Assembly (NCBI RefSeq): GCF_001194135.2 | Contig: NC_068999.1 | Coordinates: 54,310,715 to 54,374,714 of the forward strand | Source: Octopus bimaculoides | Lineage: Eukaryota | DNA: 64,000 bases | Direction: 5' to 3' | Shown: positions 12,988 to 24,749 of the stretch, one piece after another | Numbering within the stretch: position 1 is the stretch's first letter | Layout of the letters: each line of letters opens with the position of its first letter | Notes under the pieces: generated by a model | Seen by the model: the letters and a program-made list of their open reading frames with translations, nothing else | What the model was told of the DNA's origin: nothing | The model's database searches: none | Position numbers and translations under genes: made by a program

Positions 12988-13312
12988 GGTCATAATACCA
13001 CAGATCTAGAGTTTCAAAAGAGCCGAGACTCTCACACCAACCCTTACATGTGTGGGTCATATTGTTATGTTGTATAACCCTCCACTACAACCCAAGAAAC
13101 TGCTTCACATCCTAGTCATAACAATGGTGGTTTTAACTCATTAAGCAAAGGTGAGGTAAACATTCTCACTATAGGACACCTGTTTATGGAGTGCAAGCAA
13201 GCTGTGCGAAACATGGAGGTATAATTCTAGCCACAGTTCACACACACACAAACACAATCAGCAGCAGCAGCAGGGTCAACCAATTACTTTAGCAGTATAT
13301 AACAACCATAGC

Positions 13313-13363
<51 letters not shown>

Positions 13364-13397
13364 TGACTGAGTGAGTGAGTGAGTGAGGGGAGAGTGA

Positions 13398-13432
<35 letters not shown>

Positions 13433-15297
13433 AGAGAGAGAGAGAACTGTGTTCAAATTACAGTAACTTAATTCATCTCCCAAAAGCCAATATGAGAGTT
13501 TTTCTGATGGTAACTACTGCAGTATAGGTTGTTCTAACAGCCTGAAGATATAATAGAAGACACTTGCCCACAGTGCCATGCAGTGGGATTGAACCCAGAA
13601 ACCTGTGTCTGGGAAGCAAGCTTCTTACCAGACAGTCACACTTGTGCTTATGATGTATGTGTGTAGGTATGCTTTTATTCTTTTATTCTTTTACATGTTT
13701 CAGTCATCTGACTGTGGCCAAGCTGGAGCAGTGCCTTAATGGATTTTTTGGTCAAACAAATCAACCCCAGAACTTATTTCTTAAGTCTAGTACCTATTCT
13801 ATCAGTCTCTTTTGTCGAACTGCTAAGTTACAGGTACATAAACACACTAATTCTGGTTATCAAGAAGTGATGAGGAGACTAACACAGACACAAACATATA
13901 TATATACGACAAGCTTCTTTCAGTTTCTGTCTACCAAATCCACTCACAAGGCTTCAGTCAACCCAAGGTTATAGTAGAAGACATTTGCCCAAGTAGCCAT
14001 GCAGTGGGACTGAACCTGAAACCTTGTGGTTGGGAAACAAACTTCTTACCACACAGCCATGCTTGCACCTATATCTGTATGTATGTATTATCACATGGTG
14101 TGTATGGTCTAATTGTTTGACACTGAAAATACAGACCTTGTTGGCGACAACTTTTCAACACTCAACGGTTGATAGAACAAGAAAGAACTAATGTATTTGA
14201 GAGTTCATTCAACCACGATATCACCGATTATGACTCAATCTATCAAACTAGTCTTAAGAAATCCCACAATAAAAAGAAACATTCTAAATATAAATTTGAC
14301 ATTGACAAAGCATCTTAAATATTTCATAACTGTTCTGATAATAGTTAAACATTTAGTGCTGGTGGTGGAGGTGGTGACAGTAATTTTGGCAGTGACAGTG
14401 GTTTTGGCGGTGACAGCAGTGGTGACGGCAGTGGTGGTGGTGGAGGCAGTCAATCTTCCAACTGAACCAAGGAAACTGTTTCCATTGGGTCTTTTTTTTT
14501 TTGCTGATACTATCTGCCATTTACAACTCTTAAAGAAAAGTATCACCATTTTTCAATGTTTGGGGACAGAATTTGAACTCAGAATGCAAAGAGCCAAGAC
14601 AGACACCAACAAATTACTACAAGACATCCCATTTGATGCTCTAACAATTTTAACAATCCACCAGCCAAGACTGGCCCCTTTTTTTTTAATCACCCCCTAA
14701 AGAATGAAAGGCAAAGCTGACTTCAGTGGGGTCTGTGCAGAGAACCAGGAGAAAATGTGATGAGGTGTTCCATCCAACACTAACAACACTGCCAATTTGG
14801 TGCTTTGAAACATTTAGTAGAGATTTAAGATGGGTGTCTGGGTATTTTGAAAATACCTCACAGACTGACAACTAGGCACTGCATAGTTACAGGCTGCCCT
14901 TTGGCAAGGTAAAGCACCTGTTCAGCCACCCTACTAGGTACATGGCAAAGTCATGGGAATGCAGCATGGTGATTGTGAAGAGGTAGTGGAAGAACTCAAC
15001 TGATCCAATAGTGCTTCTTACATTGATGCTGAGTGGAGAAATCCTAGAAGATCAATAGTCAGGATCACTAAGTTTTATCAAGAGAGCAACTGCAACACAT
15101 CCACAGGGTTGGTGTCCATGGTTGTGTAGTCAGCTAATGAAAGATTCACTATGACTCAATCTCCCAATTCAAATTCATAATAATGGAATTGGATGGCAAA
15201 AGAGAGTCATTGGAATCAGTAAAAGCAGTGGAAAAAAAAAGAAAAAGAGGTTTAAGGAAACGAAATGTGAATGTGAGAAAAATACAAGTAAATTTAC

Positions 15298-15345
15298 CTG
15301 AAAAGTGCTAGTATGTTTCATCAAATAACCTTCTTTAATGGCAGT
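15298..15345 (-). CDS. DGKH: DGK eta/delta-like exon 2 (48 nt): TAIKEGYLMKHTSTFQ, PH domain beta-1
   Basis: Acceptor ctctgtttccag and donor CAG|GTAAAT. Matches vertebrate TSIKEGQLLKQTSSFQ. Confidence 0.93.
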
Positions 15346-16238
15346 CTGGAAACAGAGAAGAAGCAGAAAGAAATATCAGATGACTGAAAAACATTTTCTT
15401 TCTACATTTTTTCTTAAATGGAATAAAATAGACATTCACTTAAACATATTTCATCAATTTCTAAAGGTTAAGATAAGAGATCCCTTTTTTTTTTAACGTT
15501 TATCAGTTATCAGCGTCATAATTACTTAATGTCCACTTTTTCATGCTTGCATAACCAGCTGGAGTTCATTGAGGTAGATTTTGTACATCTGGATGCTTTT
15601 CCTGTAGCCAACCCTTACCCATATCCAAACAAGGTAATACTTCTGTATAACCAGACACACTGGCATAGAATATCGCAAATGAATGCCACTGCTTGTATGA
15701 TAGTGACACACATTTACAACTGTCACTCAATGTCAAGATAAGGAAATACATACACCCTCACACACACACACACACAAACAGGTTTCTTTCAGTTTCCATC
15801 AACCAAATCTACTCATTAGGCTTTGGTCAACCCAAGGCTATATTAGAAGACATTTGACATTTGTATGTACATGTATATATCTATGCAGTGGGACTGAACC
15901 CATAACCATGTGATTGGGAAGCAAACTTCTTAACCACACAACCAAGTAGTACCTCGCAGCCACACCATACATAAAATATAAACTTCATTTGAATATTGTT
16001 TATGAAATAATACTCAACACCTAGAAAAACTGATCGATGTCAGAAAATCGAGAAGTTAACATGATTTAACTAACAAAGAAACCACCTGACAAGCGAAATA
16101 TCCCTAAGAAAAAAAAAACAAAAAATTTAAATCTTGAAGTGAAATATATACAACAAAATTTCCTAGATTGACTTTACGTGTGAGTTTTAATGACCTTAAA
16201 TATACCTTTGTATACATCATTACACATTAGATTACAGA

Positions 16239-16273
<35 letters not shown>

Positions 16274-16411
16274 TGAGCAGTAAGAAGCTTGCTTCTCACT
16301 TACATGGTTCTGCGTGGCACCTTAGGCAAGCGTCTTCTACTATAGCCCTGGGCCAACCAAGGCTTTGTGAGTGGTAGACAGAATCTAATAGAAGCCCAGC
16401 ATATATGTATG

Positions 16412-17287
16412 NNNNNNNNNNNNNNNNNNNNNNNNNNNNNNNNNNNNNNNNNNNNNNNNNNNNNNNNNNNNNNNNNNNNNNNNNNNNNNNNNNNNNNNNN
16501 NNNNNNNNNNNNNNNNNNNNNNNNNNNNNNNNNNNNNNNNNNNNNNNNNNNNNNNNNNNNNNNNNNNNNNNNNNNNNNNNNNNNNNNNNNNNNNNNNNNN
16601 NNNNNNNNNNNNNNNNNNNNNNNNNNNNNNNNNNNNNNNNNNNNNNNNNNNNNNNNNNNNNNNNNNNNNNNNNNNNNNNNNNNNNNNNNNNNNNNNNNNN
16701 NNNNNNNNNNNNNNNNNNNNNNNNNNNNNNNNNNNNNNNNNNNNNNNNNNNNNNNNNNNNNNNNNNNNNNNNNNNNNNNNNNNNNNNNNNNNNNNNNNNN
16801 NNNNNNNNNNNNNNNNNNNNNNNNNNNNNNNNNNNNNNNNNNNNNNNNNNNNNNNNNNNNNNNNNNNNNNNNNNNNNNNNNNNNNNNNNNNNNNNNNNNN
16901 NNNNNNNNNNNNNNNNNNNNNNNNNNNNNNNNNNNNNNNNNNNNNNNNNNNNNNNNNNNNNNNNNNNNNNNNNNNNNNNNNNNNNNNNNNNNNNNNNNNN
17001 NNNNNNNNNNNNNNNNNNNNNNNNNNNNNNNNNNNNNNNNNNNNNNNNNNNNNNNNNNNNNNNNNNNNNNNNNNNNNNNNNNNNNNNNNNNNNNNNNNNN
17101 NNNNNNNNNNNNNNNNNNNNNNNNNNNNNNNNNNNNNNNNNNNNNNNNNNNNNNNNNNNNNNNNNNNNNNNNNNNNNNNNNNNNNNNNNNNNNNNNNNNN
17201 NNNNNNNNNNNNNNNNNNNNNNNNNNNNNNNNNNNNNNNNNNNNNNNNNNNNNNNNNNNNNNNNNNNNNNNNNNNNNNNNNNNNNNN
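16412..17287. other. Assembly gap (N run); others at 48376-48385, 53195-53599, 55428-56296 and 59852-59872
   Basis: N characters. The long poly-X ORFs are artefacts of these gaps. Confidence 0.99.
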
Positions 17288-17449
17288 TTAATAGACAGAT
17301 GCCCTTCCAGTTGCCAACCCTCGCCTGTTTCCAAGCAAGTTAATACTTTCCTAGACAAGTTTTTCATGGAAGACTGGAAACAAACAACTTTGCCTGCAAT
17401 GATGATGCTCATTTACAATCAAAACATGATGTCTAGACCAAAGTGCATA

Positions 17450-17494
<45 letters not shown>

Positions 17495-17608
17495 TACACT
17501 GTACCATACATTTGACAGACAGACAGATAGATAGATATTATTATCATTATTTTCCCTGCTTTCCATGCTAGCATGGGTGAGACAGTTTGACAAGACTCAT
17601 TTTCCTTC

Positions 17609-17648
<40 letters not shown>

Positions 17649-17667
17649 ATTACATTACACACACACA

Positions 17668-17945
17668 CAAGGGGTGTACCAAAAGTATGCAAATGAGGAC
17701 TTATTTATTGACACTGGTGGTTCAAATTGCACGTGTTCATAAAGTAAATTTTCCTATATAATAACTTTTCTTCCTGTCTTTTACTTCAATGCATGCAAAG
17801 AATGGGTTCCAAGTAGAAGCAACATTTTGTCGTTGAAATCTTGAAAAGGCAGGGGTAGGGCAGCCTATCCTACATCCAACAGAAGGCTACAGTTTATTTA
17901 CAGCGATGATACCTTTGACAAGAGCAGAGATTGATGAAGACATTT
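17668..17945 (+). mobile_element. Mariner-like transposon, 5' part (TIR-like end plus HTH start)
   Basis: Begins CAAGGGGTGTACCAAAAGT. Broken frames give KQHFVVEIL and RRLQFIYSDDTFDKSR...RHF. Confidence 0.6.
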
Positions 17946-19340
17946 ATAGGTGCAGACATGGTTGTGTAGTAAGAAGTTTACTGCCCAATCACATGGTTCC
18001 AGGTTCAGTCTCACTGCATGACACCTTGGGCAAGTATCTTCTAGAGTCTCAAGCTGATCAAAGCCTTGTGAGTGGATTTTGTAGATGGAGACTGAAAGAA
18101 ACCTGCTATATATATATGCTAAATGCAAGTTTCCTTTTCAGGTACATGATGCTGCTGTCCCCCATCCCAGGGTCTCATGGACCCACACCTCTCTCACCCT
18201 CAGGTTTGGCACACTTAATGTTGGCACACGGAAAGGTAGGTCTGGTGAGATTGTTGAGATGCTTGAACAGAGACGTATAGATTTGTGCTGCATCCAAGAA
18301 GTAAGGTGGAGAGCAGGTTCCGCTAGGTTCCTCACAGGCAAAGAACATAGGTATAAAATTTTCTGGGCAGGGAACACTGACAGGGTCAGGGGCGTGGGTA
18401 TACTTCTTGCAGAGAAATGGGTTGATAAGGTAATCGAGGTAGTCAGAGTCTGTGATAGAATACTTAAGATTAGATTAGTGCTGCAACATGGATTAACAAC
18501 CATTATCTTGGCCTATGCCCTTCAGCCGGGGCTACCTGACGAACAGAAAGACTGATTTTATGACACCCTCTTGCAGATTACCTTGTCAACAAATGACCTG
18601 TTGAGGCAAGTGTAGTCGTTATCGTGGCAGATGACAGTCCTGCCAGATTGGTACCTGTGCCAGTGGCACGTAAAAAGCATCATTTGAGCATGATCGTTGC
18701 CAGTGTTGCCTGACTGGCTCCCGTGCTGGTAGCATGTAAAAAGCATCATTCGAGTGTGGTCGATGCCAGTGCCGGCTGACTGGTCCCATGCTGGTGGCAC
18801 GTAAAAAGCACCACTAGAGCATGGTCGTTGCCAGTGCTGCCTGTGCTGGGGGCACATAAAAAGCACCATTCAAGAATGGTCAATGTCAGTACCACCTGAC
18901 TGGCCCCCGTGTCAGTGGCACATAAAAAGCACCCACTACACTCTCGGAGTGGTTGGTGTTAGGAAGGGCATCCAACTCTAGAAACTTTGCCAGATCAGAT
19001 TGGAGCCTGATGCAGCCTTCTGGATTACCAGCCCTCAGTCAAACCATCCAACCCATACCAGCATGGAAAGCAGACATTAAACGACAACAACGATGATGAT
19101 ATATATATATATGTATATCTATGTGTGTGTGTTTGTCCTTGTATTTGTCTCCCAGTACCACTTGACAACCAGTACTGGTGTGTTTACGTCCTCATAACTT
19201 AGCAATTTGGTAAAAGAAGTACCAGGTTTTAAAAAAATAATTAAATCCTGGGGTTGATTCATTCAACTAAAAATTCTTCAAGGCAGGGCTGCAGTATGGC
19301 CACAGTCTAACAACTGAAACAAGTAAAGAAAAGACAAAAG
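17946..19340 (+). mobile_element. tRNA-like SINE (family B) split into 17946-18117 and 19101-19340 by the RTE insertion
   Basis: The 5' half matches other family B heads (…accttgggcaagt…gtgagtggattt…gaaagaa). The 3' half matches family B tails (…ctggggttgatt…gtatggccacagtc…gaaacaagtaaa). Confidence 0.75.
18118..19100 (+). mobile_element. Internally deleted RTE-clade LINE: APE endonuclease 5' part joined to a 3'UTR repeat array and (GAT)n tail
   Basis: ORF 18085-18555 contains LRFGTLNVGT...IDLCCIQEVRW...GVGILLAEKWVDKVIEVVRVCDRI (APE motifs). It jumps near 18600 to the 3' end sequence shared with many local copies. Confidence 0.9.
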
Positions 19341-19344
19341 AAAG

Positions 19345-19790
19345 AAAGAGGAAACCAGCATTGAAGACAAACGACACAGTGAAAGACAATCAACAACAAT
19401 TACTGATACAAATTGCCAGCAAGTGAACAAACTGATTCATGCAAACAGAGGATCAAACGCCTTGAGCTTGCTGCATAACCGGACTGTGATCACAATGAAT
19501 TATAGAAGAGGGCAGCAGACTCTTTGGGAGTATCACAAAGTATGTCCAAAGTGGGTACTTCACCAGTTATCATTCGATTTGAAGGAGAGAAGGACAGAAG
19601 TCTGCGCTGATCTGCTGGAAATATTTGAAACCAATGAAGAGACTTTTTTTGTTTTCTCATCTGATGACAGGTGATGAAACATGGCCATATCTTTATGATC
19701 TGGAAACGAATGCTCAAGCCACAGAATGGCATCAAACCTGTTCTCCAAAGTTTAAGAAATCCAACAGCAGTCAACACAGAAAGACAGGGT
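19345..19790 (+). mobile_element. Mariner-like transposase, continuation after nested insertions
   Basis: KEETSIEDKRHSERQST...YHKVCPKWVLHQLSFDLKERRTEVCADLL...LMTGDETWPYLYDLET, which includes the TGDETW first catalytic Asp motif. Confidence 0.85.
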
Positions 19791-19807
19791 AACTGTTTTT
19801 AGCATAA

Positions 19808-19839
<32 letters not shown>

Positions 19840-20332
19840 CGTATATATAGACAGACAGACATGGATATATACATGTGTGTGTGTGAAGGCGCATGGCGTA
19901 GTAGCTTGGGATAGTGCACTCGTGATCATGATGTATAACATCTGATGGTCTGGACGATGCCATGATTGATTGATACATACACACATGATAGATAGATAGA
20001 TAGACAGACAGACAGATAGAGACAGACAGACAGACAGATATAAATATCCACACACACACACAAACACTGATATATAGCTTTTCTATATTAAAGTTTTATA
20101 TTTCAGTAAACATGTTCATAAGTGGCTGAAATCCAGAAGCTAGTATGAGTTTGTGTCTATAAAACAGTAAATGTCTGTAAGCAACAATTCAAGAATGAAA
20201 AATGATAATTGAATCATACCTTCCTTGCTTCATAGGTAAATATGGTAACCATCACACATGGATGATGTCTTATACATTAAAATTACTACTGTTACTATTC
20301 TTACTAATACGAAGAAATAGCATACAAATGGT

Positions 20333-20445
<113 letters not shown>

Positions 20446-20714
20446 GCACACACACACACACATACATTATGTGTGTGTGATTGAGAGAGAGACAAGAGAG
20501 AGAGAAATGATTACAAAGTTTTAAGGTCAAATTCGTGACCACACGAGATATTGTGTTCTGTCATGTTATGTTGTACTCCCAGAGCAAGGTATGTAGCTAA
20601 CCCTGCTACCTTCAGTTCCCCTTGACAATATAAAACAAGGTCCACTCCCTAAAAACAGTTGCTCCAACATAATGTATCTCAATCGTGCAATCATGGAAAA
20701 ATTGATGCAAACTG

Positions 20715-20773
<59 letters not shown>

Positions 20774-21247
20774 CTTCAAATAGCTGTAGACCTCCTACAC
20801 AATTCCACCCACAACAGTTTAATATATTATCTGCTGGGGTTACATGCTATCAATAATAAAAAAACATTGAGAAACTTGGATGTATTTTCTTTCTGGCTAT
20901 TTCATCTGGATATATGTTTCTTCAGTTTCACACCTCCGTATCACTAAATCAATAACAGACCACACAGCATGCTATCATTACTCACTACATACATCACTTT
21001 AAATTATTTATGCTTTAGTCAAACATGCACTCCTTTCTCTTGTCACTTTCAATTATCTTCATATTACAGTTGAGAAGATTTTTTTTTATACATTTTGAAA
21101 CCAAACCACCGTTAAAGCAACATCATCACCATCATAACACAACCATCCTGAAAATGATTGCCATTCGACACAAGAGAATCTAAAGATCCCGGTGTTCAAT
21201 GATAACAACTAAAATCCCTGAGATATGATGATGTGGTTAATACTTAC

Positions 21248-21268
21248 CTTAGCACAGTCTGTGGTTAA
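21248..21268 (-). CDS. Candidate 21-nt cassette microexon (LTTDCAK) between DGK exons 1 and 2
   Basis: Pyrimidine-rich acceptor ctcttcttacctgttgtctttcttgtcag, consensus donor AAG|GTAAGT, phase 0-0, no stop. No homology support. Confidence 0.45.
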
Positions 21269-21789
21269 CTGACAAGAAAGACAACAGGTAAGAAGAGTAA
21301 TAGAAATGCTAGTCTGAGAGACTGGTTTATATACCATAATGACAAAATGGATGCAAAATTATGTGGGATGTACGATAATGAATGAACAGTAGTTCCAAGG
21401 TGAAACTTTTCTATTTGAAATAGTTTACATCACATTTACGAACATTCCAATTTATCGTAGCTTCACCAAATGGTTATTATTAGTTCATTTGAAATTCTTA
21501 AAACAATAAATGATATTGTATTATCTTGCATTATTACTCAACCAACCAATTAGTCCTTCTATCATCACTTTTTAATAAAAACTGCTTAAGAGAGATTTTT
21601 GTTTTAATGCTTTTAAACCAGAATCCCTGACAGCTCTCCGCATTATTTATAGAGAAACCGAAGCTGTTGGCTTTGATCATAAAACCAGTTGGATTATCCA
21701 CTACTACTGCCACTGGATGTCAAAGACTGACTCCTACGATAAAAGGATGATTCAGTCAGCTAACCATAACCTACATTGCTAATTTGTGC

Positions 21790-22020
21790 CATGTGGTTAC
21801 TCAGCTACTGAGCTATGTAACAAAGTGACCTTGGGACTGCTGACTTGCATCACAAAATGACCCAGGCTGATGAGTTGTGTCACAAAAGTCATCTGGGCTG
21901 TTGAGTTGTGTCACAAAAGTGATTTGGGCTGTTGAGTTGTGTCACAAAAGTCATCTGGGCTGCTGAACTACAAAAATGACCCAAGCTATGTCACAAGGTG
22001 ACCCAAAATACTGAGTTCGT
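21790..22020. repeat. 31-bp minisatellite, about 3 good and several degenerate units
   Basis: Unit gctgttgagttgtgtcacaaaagtcatctgg. Confidence 0.8.
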
Positions 22021-23733
22021 TCATACGGTGAACCAAACAGCTATCAATATAAGGGTTCTCATTTCTTTTGCATGCAAAACTTTGACAGTATGAAGTGAAA
22101 GCAAAGAGGAGGGGTTGTTGCTGTTGCTGTTGTTGTTGTTGTTGCTGGTATTGAGACATTGGTGATGAATGAGGAGAACCAGCACAGGTTGGAGAAGAAT
22201 TAGTTTGGTATAATACATTAAATGTGCAACATTCATATGAACTGAGAGAAGACTTGGACATTAAAGAGATTAGATGATTGTGCAGAAGAGGTTAACTTGT
22301 ACAATAAGGGTTGTTGACGGGTGAAAATGTATCATGTGTTACCAGAGGAGAATGGTTAGCTATAACAGTTGGAAGTTCAAGGAATACAAGGGAGAAAGTG
22401 GTATGATCAGATCTCAAAATGTCCTAATTCCACAGACAAGGCCACACAGTGTTGAGATGAAAGGTGATTTATCATACAGCAAACCTGTCCACCACTATTT
22501 GAGTTAAAAAAAAAAAATTGGATACTAAACTTTGGTGTTGGTGGTGGTGGTGGTAGTGACAACAGTGATGATGATAATGACAGCTATGATGATGACAACG
22601 ATGATGATGATGTTCATCATTCATAGTGCCCACACTTTTACTATAGTAAGCTGTAACTTACCATTGTACTTAGCTACTGAGGAGTAACCAAACTAGGCTA
22701 GGCCAATGTGTCTTTTCTATGGAGACAGAGAAAGTTTGGTGACAGGAAAGAAACTGCCAAAACTTTAGACTACAACAGACCAACATCCTAACACTATGGC
22801 TAGCTAATGCCTCTCTCTCTCTCTTTCCCTCTCTCTTTCTCCTCCTTCTCTCTCTAGTTTCAATCAACACTGTTTGTCGAAGGATTGAATAAGTAAGTAA
22901 ATGAATAAAGCAATTATCTTTATTTATTAACTAATTACATAGTATTAGGTTACCAGAAAGATTATTATAATTGGTACACAAGCTAAAAATACCATAAGGT
23001 TCATTTAACACATTCTTTCAGTACATTATTGGCGTCACACTAACATAAAACACTGGGAATATTCAACCGACTACAGAAATTCTTTAAGTACTAATAACTA
23101 TACATTTACTCCTTAATATAACAATTTCACTGATAAGCTTAATTGTCTAATAACTTTATACTGGGGCATTTTTAAACAACAACAATCAACATATGTTTAT
23201 TCAACAGTAATCAATGTTATACACTAAATTATTCTCTTTTTATAGTTTGTAAAAATATTTTTTATGCTCTTTCTAACTGGATGTGGCATTCCAGCATGGC
23301 CATAGTCATGATGGCTAAAAAAAACTAATTATCGTTATCATCATCATCATCATTGTTTAACGTCTGCTTTCCATGCTGGCATGGGTTGGACAGTTTGACA
23401 GGAGCTGGCCTGGCAGGAGCCTGCACCAGACTTCTGTGTCTATTTTGGCATGGTTTTTATGGCTGGGTGCCCTTCCTAACCCCCAACCACCCAACAGAGT
23501 GGACAGAGTGCTTTTTATGTGGCACCAGCACAGGCGAGGTCAGGTTCTGGCATGGTTTTCACAGCTGGATGCACTTCCAAATGGCAAATACTTTACATTG
23601 TGGACTGGATGCTTTGAGAGGAGAGGCAGCATTGGAGGAGGTGATCTTGTGTCAGATGATGAAAGACTTGAGTGTGACAGAGAAATAGAGAGGCAGAAAC
23701 AGGTGTCTTACTGTAGTGGAGATACATGATTAA

Positions 23734-23799
<66 letters not shown>

Positions 23800-24068
23800 A
23801 TCAAGAATGAAGACAGAAACAGGTGTGCTGCTGTAAAGGAGATAGAAAGTTATCCAGCCTGAGAGAAGAGCTATGTATCTCTTTCACAGCAGCACACCTG
23901 TTTCTCTCCTCATTTTAATTATATGCAGAAATGATTGTAATTAAACAAACAAAACAGTCCCACTGCATGGCACCCTGATACAAGTAAAAAATAAAAAGTT
24001 ACAAAGGAGCCTCTACACAGTCTCTAGAAATAACAGTCATTTTCCCCCCTGAGTTACATCCTCTGAGC

Positions 24069-24749
24069 CAGTGATTCTCAATGTGGAGCATATGCACTAC
24101 CAGTGGTGGGGGTGGAGGGAATTGCGGTGGGGCATGGGACCCAAATTTTTATTTTCTGTTTTTCTTTTAGTGGGACCTGGAATTGTGAAAAGATCTTCTT
24201 CACAGCAAACATACTACACCTATACCCAGCCTAACCAAACCAATCCTTCCAGCCAAGCATACTGTGTGAAGACTGTTTGCTATTCTAATGCACTCATGTG
24301 GATATTTCTTTAAAGAAAGTATATTTAAAACCCTGTTCAGTCATGAATGACCACGAGATTTCACCTAGAAAGTTCCACTCCAAGGCACAAGTCCAGGTGT
24401 TTGTGGAAGACCGACAGTCACCCATGCATTGCTCCAATGTTATTCAAGGGTAAAGCAAAGGGTGATACAGCTTGGCATCAGTGATGTTGCAACTCATTTC
24501 AACAGCTGAATGAACTGGAGCAACATGAAATAAAGTATCTTGCTCAAGAACACAATACACAAAACACAGTCCAGGAATCGAACTCACCACCTCATGATTG
24601 TGAGCCCAACACTCCATCCACTAAGCCATGTACCTTCATAATTATGAAATATTGAAAATAAAGTTGTTTTTTACCAACTACAGGTGGAGTATACATTTTT
24701 CTGGAAAATTTTAGTGGGGCCTGGGGGAAAATAGGTTTGGGAAACACTG
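24069..24749. mobile_element. hAT (Charlie-like) MITE carrying a nested family C SINE (about 24310-24640, minus)
   Basis: Ends CAGTGATTCTCAA and TTGGGAAACACTG. Flanking 8-mers CTCTGAGC and CTCTAAAC match at 6 of 8 positions and resemble the NTCTAGAN target consensus. Confidence 0.65.

Noticed and set aside
14191-14700. 169-aa ORF with a V/T/A-rich stretch
   Set aside because: Made of a degenerate GTG/GCA trinucleotide repeat plus a SINE fragment.
16300-17515. Long ORFs of 312-490 aa here and at 53152-53706 and 55244-56832
   Set aside because: They are made of N-gap X residues and dinucleotide repeats.
18660-18935. Regularly spaced repeats resembling a CRISPR array
   Set aside because: The whole 65-bp unit repeats, with no unique spacers. 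The context is eukaryotic, there are no cas genes, and it lies in an RTE 3'UTR.
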